A stretch of 64,000 nt of DNA from the NCBI GenBank assembly GCA_965204375.1, contig OZ241986.1, positions 5,920,001-5,984,000 of the forward strand, given 5' to 3'. Positions 49,259-60,800 of this stretch are shown here, piece after piece; the stretch's first letter is position 1; every line of letters begins with the position of its first letter. The stretch is from Candidatus Latescibacterota bacterium. Its GTDB lineage: Bacteria; Latescibacterota; UBA2968. Both the position numbers and the translations under genes were made by a program. Under the pieces are notes generated by a model, which saw only the letters and a program-made list of their open reading frames with translations, ran no database searches and was not told the DNA's origin.

Positions 49259-51433
49259 ATGAAACGCGACGCGAAAAAAATAGTAATACCAGGTTTAAAG
49301 GGCGAGGTGTGTATTCGGCGGATGGCACATGGGTTTCCTCATATCTCGGCGCGGGATGAAGGGGATCGGTATTACGGTCTGGGTTATGCACATGGTCGAG
49401 ATCGGCAGATGCATATGTGGTTGCTCAAGCTCATTGGACGCGGGAATGCGTCGGCATATTTGAAAGCGGATGAGAATTTGATTGAGGCAGATCGGTTTAT
49501 GCGCTGGCTCAATATAGCGGGTGATGCGGATCGGGAAGCACGACATTTGTCATCTGATGTGCAAGCGGTTCTGGATGCGTATTGCAAGGGGGTGAATCAG
49601 GCGGTTCGCGCAACGGGAACACCTTTTGAGTTTAAGCTGATGGGATATCGACCGGATGATTGGACGCCAGCAGATGCACTGCTGATGGTCAAGTTGATCG
49701 GGTTTGTGGGGCTTTCGCAAATGCAGGGCGATATGGAGAAGTTGATTGTTCAGTTGATTCAAAAGGGTCTGGATGCGGAGCGGTTGAAGGAACTTTTTCC
49801 GGCGATTCGAGATGATGTATCAGAAGAGTACATCGATCTAATAAAGAAGGTGCGTCTGGTGCGTCCGATGGTTCCAGCATCTGTTGTGTGGCGCGATTTG
49901 TTGCCCGATTTTTCCGCGAGCAATAATTGGGCTGTGCGTCCGTCAAAGACGGCATCTGGATGGGCGATGTTGTGTGGGGATCCGCATCTGCAATTGCAAT
50001 TGTCTTCGGTGTGGTATCTGGCGGTTTTGTCTGGCGATCAGGACTATTTGATGGGTGCGACTCTGCCGGGATTGCCGGTTGTGGCTATGGGACGATCACC
50101 CCACTTGTCGTGGGCAGCGACCTATGGTACTGCCGATGTGTGTGATTATTTTGTGGAGGAGGTGAGGGATGGGAAGTACAGGTGTGGGGATAAATGGATG
50201 CCTCTGCGCGTTCGGGAAGAGGTTATCCGGGCGAAAAAACGGGATCCGATAGGGGTGCACGTTTGCGAAACGGATCGCGGTTTGTTGGAGGGTGAAGTCA
50301 ATGAGGATGGGTTTTACCTGTGTTATGCGTGGACGGGTAAGCAGCAAAAAGGGACGGGTGCGGATTCGCTGGATTGTGTTTTGCGGATTACGAGATCAAA
50401 AGGCGTTGAAGAGGCGCGGGATTATTTTGAGGGGTTGACGTTTGGTCCGTTTAATTGGGTGTTCGCAGATCGGGCGGGGAATATTGGCTATCAACTCGGG
50501 GGGCTGGTGCCCAAACAACCCGAAGGCTCATCGGGTTTGCTTCCGTATTTGGGTTGGGATGAGAGACAGAATTGGGATGGGATGGTCGATCCAAAATTGT
50601 ATCCGCGCGCGGTCAATCCCGAATGTGATTTTATTGTGACGGCAAACCAGGATCTCAATTTTATGGGGCAGACTGAGCCGATGAAATTGTCGATTTCGTC
50701 TTATCGCGCGGATCGAATTTGCGAGATGTTGCGGGAAAGGGATGACTTAACAGTAGAAGATATGAAGCGGATTCACTACGATGTTTACGCAATTCAGGCC
50801 AGGGAGTTTATGGCGGTTATACGCCCGTTATTACCCGAATCGGAAAATGGGGAGATATTGCGGGATTGGGATTTGTGTTATGGTGCGGATTCTCTGGGGG
50901 CGACGCTTTTTGAGCGCGTTTATCGCGAACTCGTTTTGCTCGTTTTTGGGGATTGTGGTTTGGGGCGCGAGATGATAGTTCATCTGCTGGATGGTACGAC
51001 GCTGTTCAGTGTTCTGCATGGATATTTTGATCGCATTCTTTTGAGCGAGGCGTCGGTTTGGTTTGGAGATCAGTCGCGGGAAGACCTGTATCGAACGGCG
51101 ATTGAGCGCGGGTTGAGGGAAAAAGCCGTGCCGCACGGCGAGGTGAGTAGGGTTTATATTGAGCATCTGTTTTTTAGGGGGAAGTTGCCGCGGTTTTTGG
51201 GTTTTGATTATTCGCTTGCAAATACTGGGAGTCGGTCAACAGTTTCTCAGGCTGGCTTGTTCAAAGGCGGCGCGCTTGCACCTACTTTTCGAATGATTTG
51301 CGATTTTGGAGAGGATGTGTTGCACGCAAATGTTGCAGGGGGGGCTTCTGATCGCCGTTTTTCCAAGTTCTATACGTCGGGATTGGTTGCGTGGGAGCGG
51401 GGGGATTACGAGGTTTTAGATCCCGGGAGCTGA
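49259..51433 (+). CDS. Penicillin acylase family (Ntn hydrolase, S45)
   Basis: 'GFPHISA', 'GYAHGRDR', nucleophile site 'ASNNWAV', 'GDPHL', 'TANQ'. Confidence 0.9.
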   Translation: MKRDAKKIVIPGLKGEVCIRRMAHGFPHISARDEGDRYYGLGYAHGRDRQMHMWLLKLIGRGNASAYLKADENLIEADRFMRWLNIAGDADREARHLSSDVQAVLDAYCKGVNQAVRATGTPFEFKLMGYRPDDWTPADALLMVKLIGFVGLSQMQGDMEKLIVQLIQKGLDAERLKELFPAIRDDVSEEYIDLIKKVRLVRPMVPASVVWRDLLPDFSASNNWAVRPSKTASGWAMLCGDPHLQLQLSSVWYLAVLSGDQDYLMGATLPGLPVVAMGRSPHLSWAATYGTADVCDYFVEEVRDGKYRCGDKWMPLRVREEVIRAKKRDPIGVHVCETDRGLLEGEVNEDGFYLCYAWTGKQQKGTGADSLDCVLRITRSKGVEEARDYFEGLTFGPFNWVFADRAGNIGYQLGGLVPKQPEGSSGLLPYLGWDERQNWDGMVDPKLYPRAVNPECDFIVTANQDLNFMGQTEPMKLSISSYRADRICEMLRERDDLTVEDMKRIHYDVYAIQAREFMAVIRPLLPESENGEILRDWDLCYGADSLGATLFERVYRELVLLVFGDCGLGREMIVHLLDGTTLFSVLHGYFDRILLSEASVWFGDQSREDLYRTAIERGLREKAVPHGEVSRVYIEHLFFRGKLPRFLGFDYSLANTGSRSTVSQAGLFKGGALAPTFRMICDFGEDVLHANVAGGASDRRFSKFYTSGLVAWERGDYEVLDPGS

Positions 51434-51435
51434 TT

Positions 51436-52812
51436 CTAACCTCTGGCCGCTCTGTTAATGCCTTTGATTTTTTGATTTGCTTTGGCGCGCTGGTCAATTT
51501 CTTCGGGGGTGACGATGTTGTGGAGGTCGGCGCGAAGGTCGGAGAGGATGTCGGCACAGGTGGGGTCGTCGGCGCAATTCTCGGTTTCATCGGGGTCGTT
51601 GGCGACGTTGAATAATTGGTCGGGGAGACCGACGTAGTGGATGTATTTCCAGTCGCCTTTTTTGATCATGAAGCCGCCGTTTAGCGTGCCCTGGGCGTGG
51701 TATTCGCTGAAGATGGGGCGGTCGGGGAAGGAATGACCGTGGATGGCGGGGAGGAGGCTGCTGCCGGGCAATGGCGCGGGGTCCTGTTCGGCGAGGTCCA
51801 GAAGGGTGGGGAGGATGTCGATGAGGTTGGCTCCTGCGGCGATGCGCTGGTTGCCCTCGGCGTTTGGGTGGCGAATGATCATGGGGACGCGTACAGAGTG
51901 TTCGTAAAAGCATTGTTTTTGCCATATACCGTGGTGTCCACCCATTTCGCCGTGGTCGCTGACGTAGATGACGACGGTGTTGTCGCGCAAGGGGGAGTTA
52001 TCGACTATGTCGAGCAGGCGACCGATGAGGTCGTCCGTGAAAGAGATGAGGCCGTAGTAAGCAGCGGTTGCCGTGGTGGAGATGGCGTCGGGCAAGGGTT
52101 CTTCGTTGCGTAGCCAGTGGCGGAGTTGCTGGATGGAAGGGTGCTGGGTGTCGCAGGGTTCGGTTCTCGTTTGTGGCAAGATGACGCGGTCGGGATAGTA
52201 GCGGTCGAAGTATTCCCGCGGGCACAGGAGCGGAAAGTGGGGGTTCATGAAGCCGGTGTAGAGGAAGAAGGGACGGTCGGCGTATTGCGCGCGGGATTTG
52301 AGGAAGCGTTCGGAGAGGTCAGTAGCTGTGCTGTCGTAGTCGTTTTGCCAGTTTTCCCCGGGGCCGCATTCGGTGACGTGGCTGTTGCTGCCGCGCCGGT
52401 TGTCGGGTGTGCGCGAGGGGGCACTCATACTCCAGTGTTTCCATTTTTCGGCGTCGTCCATGAGGCGCACGCCAAAGCCGTGCAGGCGTTCGGGGCCTAT
52501 GAAGTGGGTGCGGCCGCAGACCGCGGTTTCATAGCCAGCGGCTTCGAGATAGCTGCCCATTGTGGGGATTGTTCCCGCGAGGGGTGATCCGTTATCATAG
52601 GTGCCGATCTGGTGGACGTATTGTCCGGTCATAAAGGACATGCGTGCCGGTACGCATATCGGGCAGGCGGTATAGGCGTTGTCAAAGGTGGTGCCTTCGG
52701 ATGCGAGGCGATCCAGGTGTGGCGTTTCGATATGGGGGTGACCGTAACAGCCGGTGACTGCGGGGTCGTGTTCGTCGCTCATGATGAGCAGGATGTTGGG
52801 GCGCTGGTTCAT
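51436..52812 (-). CDS. Sulfatase (choline-sulfatase-like)
   Basis: 'RPNILLIMSDEH', CVPAR, 'SDHGEMGGHHGIWQK'. Confidence 0.9.
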   Translation of the reverse strand: MNQRPNILLIMSDEHDPAVTGCYGHPHIETPHLDRLASEGTTFDNAYTACPICVPARMSFMTGQYVHQIGTYDNGSPLAGTIPTMGSYLEAAGYETAVCGRTHFIGPERLHGFGVRLMDDAEKWKHWSMSAPSRTPDNRRGSNSHVTECGPGENWQNDYDSTATDLSERFLKSRAQYADRPFFLYTGFMNPHFPLLCPREYFDRYYPDRVILPQTRTEPCDTQHPSIQQLRHWLRNEEPLPDAISTTATAAYYGLISFTDDLIGRLLDIVDNSPLRDNTVVIYVSDHGEMGGHHGIWQKQCFYEHSVRVPMIIRHPNAEGNQRIAAGANLIDILPTLLDLAEQDPAPLPGSSLLPAIHGHSFPDRPIFSEYHAQGTLNGGFMIKKGDWKYIHYVGLPDQLFNVANDPDETENCADDPTCADILSDLRADLHNIVTPEEIDQRAKANQKIKGINRAARG

Positions 52813-52813
52813 G

Positions 52814-54244
52814 CTAATATCTTCCTATGCGTTTGGGACCGGGGTCGGCGCATATCACGGTGTGGTCAAAGTTTTGTTTGATGAGCTGGTATTTCAAATC
52901 TGTGTGGGATGGGTCTTCCCAGAGGTTGTGAAATTCATCGGGGTCTTCCCATAGATCGTAGAATTCGCCATAGTTTTCGTTGTGATAGACGACGAGTTTG
53001 TAGCGGTTGTTGCGCAACATGGTCGCCCAACAGGGTTTGTGTTTTTCAGAGGCGTGTGGGGCGAATTTATCGACGACGTCGTAGTATTCACAGCGGACAA
53101 ATTCGTGGTGCGCGTGCCCGGGATCTTCGCCCGTGAGAATGGGGATGAGGGATTTGCCGTGTGTCCATTCGAGAGAGATGCCGGCGAGGTCGGCAAGGGT
53201 GGGTGCTATGTCTAAGAGCGCGGTGAGGCCATCTGCGCGGTGGCCCTGGAGAAAGGTACCGGGCCACGAGATGATGAGAGGAACCCGCACGAGGGCTTCG
53301 TAGAAGCGGCAGCCTTTGCCGGTGAGGCCGTGATCGCCGAGCATTTCGCCGTGGTCGCTCGTGAAGATGACGACGGTATTTTCGCGTTGACCCGTGCGCT
53401 CGAGTGCATCGAGCATGCGACCGACGTTTTCGTCGATGAGGGCGATCATGCCGTAGTATGACGCTTTGTTGTGCTGTTCGCGGTCGCCGGGTGGGTTGCC
53501 TTCCTTGTCAGCAAAAAAGCGTTTGAGTCGCGTTTGTGTTTGCAGGTCGTTTTCGCAAAATAGCGGCGGTGGCAGGTCAGCGGGATTGTATTTGTGTGTG
53601 TCGGGGGCGTCAAAAGGTCCGTGCGGGTCAAAGGGGTTGACGCTCATGAGCCAGGGGCCGTCGTGGGGGGATTCGATAAATTCAATGGCGCGGTCCGCAC
53701 ACCAGGTGGTCTGGTGGTGTTGGGGATTCATGTCGGGACGATAGTTGCCGTATGTGCCGTCTTTTTTTGTTTGAAAGACGTCGCCGAGGTCTATGCCCTG
53801 TTCGGTGATCCAGTCGGTGTACTGGTTGCCAATTCCGATGCCTTGATTGTGTGAGTGGCTATACCAGAATTTGCGATATCCATCGTCAACGCGTTGTTCT
53901 TCGCCGTTCCAGGCAGAGGCGAGGTGGAGTTTGCCCGATAAGCCGCAATCGTATCCGACATCTGCGAGACGTTTGGTGATGAGTTGCACGCGTTCATTTG
54001 TCGGGAAATAGGCATTGCCATTGCGATTGCCGTGTACGGTGCTGGGATAAAGCCCGGTGAGAAAGCTGGAGCGACTGGGCGTGCATATCGCGCTCTGGCA
54101 GTGGGCATGTGTGAATGCGACGCCCTCGGCGCAGAGGCGGTCGAGGTTGGGTGTCTGGATGTGTTCATTGCCGAGGGCGTGGATGGTGTCGTAGCGTTGT
54201 TGATCGGTGCAGATCCAGAGGATGTTGGGGCGTTTTGATGTCAA
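52814..54244 (-). CDS. Sulfatase (S1 family)
   Basis: 'RPNILWICTDQQR', CTPSR, 'GKLH', 'SDHG'; GAGGAG RBS before TTG 54244. Confidence 0.9.
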   Translation of the reverse strand: MTSKRPNILWICTDQQRYDTIHALGNEHIQTPNLDRLCAEGVAFTHAHCQSAICTPSRSSFLTGLYPSTVHGNRNGNAYFPTNERVQLITKRLADVGYDCGLSGKLHLASAWNGEEQRVDDGYRKFWYSHSHNQGIGIGNQYTDWITEQGIDLGDVFQTKKDGTYGNYRPDMNPQHHQTTWCADRAIEFIESPHDGPWLMSVNPFDPHGPFDAPDTHKYNPADLPPPLFCENDLQTQTRLKRFFADKEGNPPGDREQHNKASYYGMIALIDENVGRMLDALERTGQRENTVVIFTSDHGEMLGDHGLTGKGCRFYEALVRVPLIISWPGTFLQGHRADGLTALLDIAPTLADLAGISLEWTHGKSLIPILTGEDPGHAHHEFVRCEYYDVVDKFAPHASEKHKPCWATMLRNNRYKLVVYHNENYGEFYDLWEDPDEFHNLWEDPSHTDLKYQLIKQNFDHTVICADPGPKRIGRY

Positions 54245-54255
54245 TGGTGGTCTCC

Positions 54256-55677
54256 TCAATCGCGCGCGCCTCTGATAACGCGGCCATTTTCGATCCAGTG
54301 ATCGCGGTAAAAGGTAATGGGTTCAAAGGTGTCGTTTAATGCGTCCATGCGCGCCCGAATCTGGTCGCGGTAATGCTGGATTGTTCTGGCATGGTCAGGG
54401 TGGCTGGCGAGATTGTGCAATTGCAGAGGGTCTTCGCGGTGATTGTAGAGGGATTCTCCATGTTTTTCAATGGCATAGGTATATTGTTTGTCGCGCAAAG
54501 CGCGCCATTCAAAGCCATCGTCCCAATCGACACTGGGACCCATGCCCTGCAAAAATGCAGCTTCGGGTTCTTTTCCCGGCTGACCAAATGCGCAATGCGA
54601 AAGGTCAAATCCATCGATACCATCGGGGATATCGACGTCTATAAGTGAGAGTAGCGTGGGCATGATATCGGGCGTGTTGAGGCAGGCATCGCTTTCAGAG
54701 TTGGGTGCGATGCGGTTGGGCCAGCGCATGAGAAAGGGGACGCGAGCAGCTTCTTCATAGTAGATGTTTTTCTGAACGCGACCGTGTGCGCCAAACATTT
54801 CGCCGTGGTCTGATGTGAAGACGACAAGGGTGTCGTGCGCGAGGTTGAATCTGTCTATCGCGTCTAATATTCGGCCCACGTTCCAGTCGAGGTTGGCAGT
54901 CATAGCGGCATAGATTCGCTGCCATTCAACGAGGTTGGGTTTGACGGATTTCATCCACCAATCGCGGTCGAACCATGCGTGCCAGTATTCTCCTGATCCG
55001 TCCCGGTAATTTGGCGGCAGGTCAAAGGCCATGTCTTTGAAGTGCATACCCCATTCTTCGGGGATGTTGTCCCAGTTCCAGGGCTGATGAGGTGTGCCAT
55101 AAGAGACGAAGAGGGCGAAAGGTTCTGGATTTTCGCTCGCGTTTTCGAGATAGGAGATGGCGAGGTCGGTCATGGCATCGGGTTCATAGGCCTGGATGTC
55201 GATGCGTTCAAATTTGTCTTCGTAATAAAATCCCTTGTAATAGCTGTGGTTGAAGTTGTAGGCTGCCCAATAGTGGTCAAATCCCAGTCGGTGCGGGCCT
55301 GGGGGCACGAATTGATTGGCGGGATTCTTGTGAAAATCTCCGGCCTGTTTATAGACCTTGCCTTCGGTTGCGTAAATGTGCCATTTGCCGATGTAGGCAC
55401 AGTTTATGCCGTTCCGCGTCAATGTGCCGGCAAGCGTTGGCAGGTCGGTGCGGGCGCTCAATTCGTTCATGACGTAGCCATTGGTGGTGGGATAACAGCC
55501 CGTAAAGAGGGATGCACGATGCGGGCTGCACACGGGATAGACCGAGGTGGCATTGACAAAGTTGATGCCTTCAGATGATAGGCGGTCGATATTGGGGGTG
55601 CGGGCGCGGTTGTCGCCCATATAGCCACAGGATTGCGGGCGGAGTTGATCGGCGAAGATGTAGAGAAGGTTAGGCAC
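54256..55677 (-). CDS. Sulfatase (S1 family)
   Basis: 'PNLLYIFADQ', CSPHR, 'GKWH', 'SDHG'. Confidence 0.9.
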   Translation of the reverse strand: MPNLLYIFADQLRPQSCGYMGDNRARTPNIDRLSSEGINFVNATSVYPVCSPHRASLFTGCYPTTNGYVMNELSARTDLPTLAGTLTRNGINCAYIGKWHIYATEGKVYKQAGDFHKNPANQFVPPGPHRLGFDHYWAAYNFNHSYYKGFYYEDKFERIDIQAYEPDAMTDLAISYLENASENPEPFALFVSYGTPHQPWNWDNIPEEWGMHFKDMAFDLPPNYRDGSGEYWHAWFDRDWWMKSVKPNLVEWQRIYAAMTANLDWNVGRILDAIDRFNLAHDTLVVFTSDHGEMFGAHGRVQKNIYYEEAARVPFLMRWPNRIAPNSESDACLNTPDIMPTLLSLIDVDIPDGIDGFDLSHCAFGQPGKEPEAAFLQGMGPSVDWDDGFEWRALRDKQYTYAIEKHGESLYNHREDPLQLHNLASHPDHARTIQHYRDQIRARMDALNDTFEPITFYRDHWIENGRVIRGARD

Positions 55678-55680
55678 AGA

Positions 55681-56517
55681 TTACGCGCTTTCGTGTTCTG
55701 CTCGCATTGCGTTAAAGAAGCGCACATCAATGCGCGCCAGGTCAATTACGGTTTCTACTGGCTCGCCGCTGTATTCGCTGTGGAAACTTACGGGACCTTC
55801 AAAGTTTAATCGATCCAGTGTTTTTACGACTGCGGGCCAATCGCCAAACCCCTGTCCCAGTCGCATTGTCCCACCAGAGGGTGTACCCTGTACAGTTCGT
55901 CCCAGAGGTCGCTGGCGAATGAGGTCTTTAAATGCCAGGACTGAGAGGTACTCGCGCACGATATCCAATGCCATTTCTATGGGTTCGCCGCATATCGACA
56001 GGTGTCCTGGGTCGGAAAATACGCCGATGTGTTCGGGGTTGAATCCCCTGACCACGTTCATGACGGCACACGAATTTAATCCCATTGATTTGCCCGAATG
56101 GTTGTGTACTACGGTTTTTACGCCGTATTTTTTCGATAATTTCTCAAAGTCTTCCATCCAGCCCCGGATTTCATCCAGTTGATCCCAATAGTGTTTGGCA
56201 TCCGACCAGTGCCAGTAGCCCAGTTTTACATGCGCCACGCCGGCTTCGCCCAGCGCGCCGTAATAACGCTCGGCGTAATCGATGTCCGGGCGACTAAAAT
56301 CGCCGGGGGCTGTTACGAGTGGAATGCACAGGCCCGCGGCTTCAAACTGTTTGGCGGCTTTGGGCAGTGCTTTGTCGATATTGTCAGGATTTACCGGATA
56401 TCCCTCTCGCACACACAAATCCGCACCCTGCACGCCCACGGATTGGAGGGATTCGATGATTTCGGGGATGTCCATACCTTCGAGGTGTTTTGTGAACATG
56501 ATGTACGTGAGCTTCAT
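55681..56517 (-). CDS. Sugar-phosphate isomerase/epimerase (xylose isomerase-like TIM barrel)
   Basis: 'GADLCVR.GYPV.P', 'HNHSG', 'DPGH', 'KD', 'SFHSEY'. Start placed at ATG 56517. Confidence 0.8.
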   Translation of the reverse strand: MKLTYIMFTKHLEGMDIPEIIESLQSVGVQGADLCVREGYPVNPDNIDKALPKAAKQFEAAGLCIPLVTAPGDFSRPDIDYAERYYGALGEAGVAHVKLGYWHWSDAKHYWDQLDEIRGWMEDFEKLSKKYGVKTVVHNHSGKSMGLNSCAVMNVVRGFNPEHIGVFSDPGHLSICGEPIEMALDIVREYLSVLAFKDLIRQRPLGRTVQGTPSGGTMRLGQGFGDWPAVVKTLDRLNFEGPVSFHSEYSGEPVETVIDLARIDVRFFNAMRAEHESA

Positions 56518-56679
56518 TTTTTTTCCTTTCTCTGGTGTCGTTTGTATTTGTGAGCACTTCAGGATACGCAATTGTGTGTCGAAAATCAATGATGAGTTGA
56601 AAGCGCAAATCTTGACATGCTGTGAAAAATGTATATATTGTCGTCAAATTGTTGTGAAAAATGACGGCAAGGTAGTCAA

Positions 56680-57831
56680 ATGACAATTCCACGTATTTTT
56701 GAAGCACCCAAAAAAAGCTTTTTTCTTTTGGGTCCGCGCGGCGTTGGAAAAAGTACGTATTTGCGAATCGCTTTTCCCAATGCTCACGTCATCAATTTGC
56801 TCGCCGAAGATATTTACCAGCGTCTGCTTGCAAATCCGGGCCTCCTGTCTGCAGAACTTCGGGCTGTGTCTGGCGACCGCTGGGTGGTTTTGGACGAAAT
56901 ACAGAGGTTGCCAGCGTTGCTCAATGAAGTACACCGTTTTATTGAGGAAAAGGGGCTGCACTTTGTGTTAGGCGGATCGAGTGCGAGAAAACTCAAACGG
57001 GCAGGTGTTAATCTGCTTGCTGGTCGTGCCCTGTATCGCGCAATGCATCCCTTTATTCCCGAAGAATTGGGGGAACAATTCGCACTCGACGATGCTTTGC
57101 AACACGGTTTGCTACCCATTGTATGGGATTCAGAGGACAGAGCAGAGACGCTGACTGCCTATACGCAAATGTATCTCAAAGAAGAGATTCAAGCTGAGGC
57201 TCTGGTGCGCAACCTTCCGGGATTCGCGCGTTTTCTGCCGATTGCAGCGCTTTTTCACGGGCAAACCCTGAATGTGGCCAATATTGCCAGAGATGCCCAG
57301 GTTGCACGCACGACTGTGATGGGTTATCTGGATATTCTGGAGGAAACGCTTCTCTGCTTTCAACTTCCGGCTTATGAAACCAGATTGCGCGTGCGCGAAC
57401 GCAAATTGCCCAAATGGTACTGGTGTGATCCCGGTATTGTGCGTGCTATGAAAAAGGTCACGACGTCCCCAACGCCTGAGGAACGCGGTGCTCTGTTCGA
57501 AGGGCTGATTGCACAGTTGATTCGATCCTACAAAGACTATCGCAATTTGTGTGACGAATACTTCTACTGGGCAACAGCTGCACAGACTCAAACAGAAGTC
57601 GATTTCCTGCTCAAACGCGCGGAAGAATTTGTCGCAATTGAGGTCAAGTCTGGTGGCACATTTTCAGAAGCTTGGTGCAAGGGATTGAGAGCGTTGTCCG
57701 GCCTGAAGGGTTTGTGCAGACGCATTGTCGTCTATCCCGAAGGACCTGAATTACAAACTGCAGACGGTATTGAGATTCTTCCATTTTCACAGTTCTCCAA
57801 CCTGCTGGCCGCCGATGCGCTGTGGCCCTGA
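56680..57831 (+). CDS. AAA_14 plus DUF4143 ATP-binding protein
   Basis: GPRGVGKS, 'LDEIQR', 'GSS', 'LAGRA', 'KWYWCDPG', 'EVDF...AIEVKS'. Confidence 0.9.
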   Translation: MTIPRIFEAPKKSFFLLGPRGVGKSTYLRIAFPNAHVINLLAEDIYQRLLANPGLLSAELRAVSGDRWVVLDEIQRLPALLNEVHRFIEEKGLHFVLGGSSARKLKRAGVNLLAGRALYRAMHPFIPEELGEQFALDDALQHGLLPIVWDSEDRAETLTAYTQMYLKEEIQAEALVRNLPGFARFLPIAALFHGQTLNVANIARDAQVARTTVMGYLDILEETLLCFQLPAYETRLRVRERKLPKWYWCDPGIVRAMKKVTTSPTPEERGALFEGLIAQLIRSYKDYRNLCDEYFYWATAAQTQTEVDFLLKRAEEFVAIEVKSGGTFSEAWCKGLRALSGLKGLCRRIVVYPEGPELQTADGIEILPFSQFSNLLAADALWP

Positions 57832-57853
57832 TCGCTTAAATGAAAAATAAGCC

Positions 57854-60800
57854 ATGAAGCTCAGTCGCTTTGCCATTTTTAAACCTATCAGCACGATTAT
57901 GATCGCACTTAGTCTCGTGGTGATGGGTTTTATTTCACTGTTCAAGTTGCCGCTTGAATATTTGCCCAGTGTGACGTTTCCGGTCCTTTTTGTGTCTATC
58001 CGGTATCCTTCTTCGTCTCCCGAGGAAATTGAACGGTTTATCACGCGACCAGTTGAAGAGATATTGGGCACTATGCCCGGCATTGAAAATATGGGATCCA
58101 CATCCAATGAGTCTTCTTCGACCATTCGCCTGGAATTTGCAATGGATGCGGATATGGATCTCGTCGGTATTCATTTGCGCGATAGGCTCGATCAGGTTCG
58201 CGCCGACCTGCCCGAAGATGTGGATTATATTGGTATTAAAAGTTTTGATACCGAGGATATTCCTGCTCTCGAATATACTGTTTCGTGGCTCGGTGAAGAT
58301 CCCGAAGATCTCTTCGTGGTTTATAACCAGCGCCTGTTGCCGCGATTGCAGCGGCTCGATGGCGTGGCAAGTGTTGAATTGAGGGGTTTACAGCAAAAGG
58401 ATCTCCTCGTCGAGGTCGATCAGAGGGCTATGACAGCGCACAAATTAGATTTTCGCACGATAAATCGCGCGCTTCGCAGAAATAATATCAATATCTCGGC
58501 GGGTTATGTCACCGATGGCGACAGGCGATTTGCTGTGCGAAGTGTGGGCGAGTTTGAGACCGTTGACCAGATTCGCAATTTGCCCGTTCGCCGAAATCTG
58601 ACGCTGTCCGATGTAGCATCGGTTACTTACGATTATCCCCCCGCTCGTCGATTTGATCGCCTCGATGGCATACCGTCTCTTTATCTTTCTGTGCATAAAT
58701 CTTCAACGGCAAATATGGTCGATGTTTGCAAGCGCGCCCGCGAAGAACTCGCCCGCATCAACGAAGAGGTTGGCAAAGATAAATTTCGAATGCTTCTGGT
58801 GCGAGATCAGTCAACGGATGTTATTGCCAGCATAACCAGCCTCAGTCAATCGGCGATTATGGGCGGTCTCTTAGCCGTTATTGCCATTTTTATTTTTTTA
58901 CGCAACTTCCGCAGTACGCTCATCATTGGCTCCGCCATTCCAATTAGTGCGCTCACGGTGTTTCTCATCATGTATTTTTTGCGGCAATCGGGCACTGATA
59001 TCACCTTGAACTTGATTTCGATGATGGGACTGATGGTCGCTATTGGGATGCTCGTGGATCCCGCTGTTGTGGCTCTGGAGAATATTTTCCGCAAATGTTT
59101 TGATGAGGGTCAGAGTGCAACACAGGCAGCGCTTGAGGGCAGTGAGGAAATTGGTCTTCCGGTTCTGGCTGCTACGCTTACGACGGTGTGTGTATTTGTT
59201 CCGGTCATTTTTGTGACTGATTCGGGCACTTCGCTCTTTATGCGGCAGTTCTCCGTGACAGTTGTCGTGTCTGTTATTGCATCGTTTTGTGTCGCACTTT
59301 CCCTGATTCCGTTGGCAGCATCTCGTGCCTTTAATAAAGGCGGTCAAACGCTTGATCGCGTTCTCAAAAGCATTTTTGTACTCGCAGCAAGTGTCGGGGT
59401 GGGGGCGTATATGTATTATACGGATTTTAGTAAGATTGATTACGCCGGTCTGTGGGACGCATTTGCGAGTACCATCGCTGGCTTGCCTTTATTTGCCAAA
59501 ATTGGTTTTCCCGCAGCAATGGCACTGACGATTTTTTTGTATTTTCGTTACCGCGGCATTGGTGCCAGAGCCTTCTACGCGCGGGTGGTCGCCAATACTC
59601 TGCACTATCGCTGGGCAACGCTGTCCGTTGCGTGCGTTCTTCTCTTTTTGGGCAATCACATCTACGGCAAAATAGAACAAGCCCCCTTCCGCTATCAACC
59701 CACCCGCGCGATCAGGCTGACAGTGGAGATGCCCCGCACGTACGATTTGGAGCAGGCGAGTAATACGTTCAAAATAGCTGAAGATATGCTCATTCCTATG
59801 AAAGAGGAACTCGACATAGAGGCTATTGCGACGAAGTTCAATACGGGTAATCGCCAGGGAAAGAGAAATGCACTTTTGACCATTTATCTCACGTCTGCAG
59901 AAGAGAGTAAGTTGACGACAGACGAAGTTCAGCACAGGGTCATCGCGCTTCTTCCGAAGGATATTCCCGGTGTGCGTTTCAGACCTCGCGGGGGCAAGTC
60001 AGGCGGGACTGCGGGGGTGGGTGTTGAACTCAAAGGACGCAAGCAGGAAATTCTGGAGGTTCTGGCAGAGGATATTGAAATGAGTATGCAGGGGATGCCC
60101 GGCGTTCACGAGATTGAAACCAGCCTGGAGACGGGTATGGAAGAGATTCGCGTGGTTGTAAATCGCGAACGGGCACAGCGGTATGGCATTTCTCCGCGCG
60201 ATATTGCTACGAATATCGCTTCGGCACTCGGGTCGCGCGGGGCTTCTCACTTCAAGACACCCGATGGTGAAATCGATATTACCGTTCAACTCCGCGAAGA
60301 AGATCGCGCTAATCTCGAGCAGCTCAAAACAACGGAGTTTGAAAGCGATAAGGGCGGGATGGTCACTTTCTCGAGTTTGGCGGATTTCAATCTCATACAG
60401 GGACCCAATGCCATTTCCCGCGAAGATCGCATGCCCACGCTAACTGTTTTTGCCAGTACAGAGCAAAAAGCAGTGTTCAGCGTGGGACAGATTATGAAAG
60501 CTCGCATGGAAGATGTGCCTCTGCCTGAGGGATATACGTATCAGATGGACCGCCGCTTCAAGTCTATGGATGCAAAACGAGATCAGGATTTTGAGACGAT
60601 GATTTTCGCGCTGATTCTCATTTATATTATCATGGCTTCGCTCTTTGAATCCTATGTCCATCCGCTTACCATTATGTTCTGCATTTTCTTTGCTTTCATC
60701 GGCGTCGCACTCGGTCTCTACACTTTTAAGATCGCTATGGATAGCAATGCGAAGTACGGCCTTCTGGTGCTTTTTGGCATTGTGGTGAATAATGGTATTG

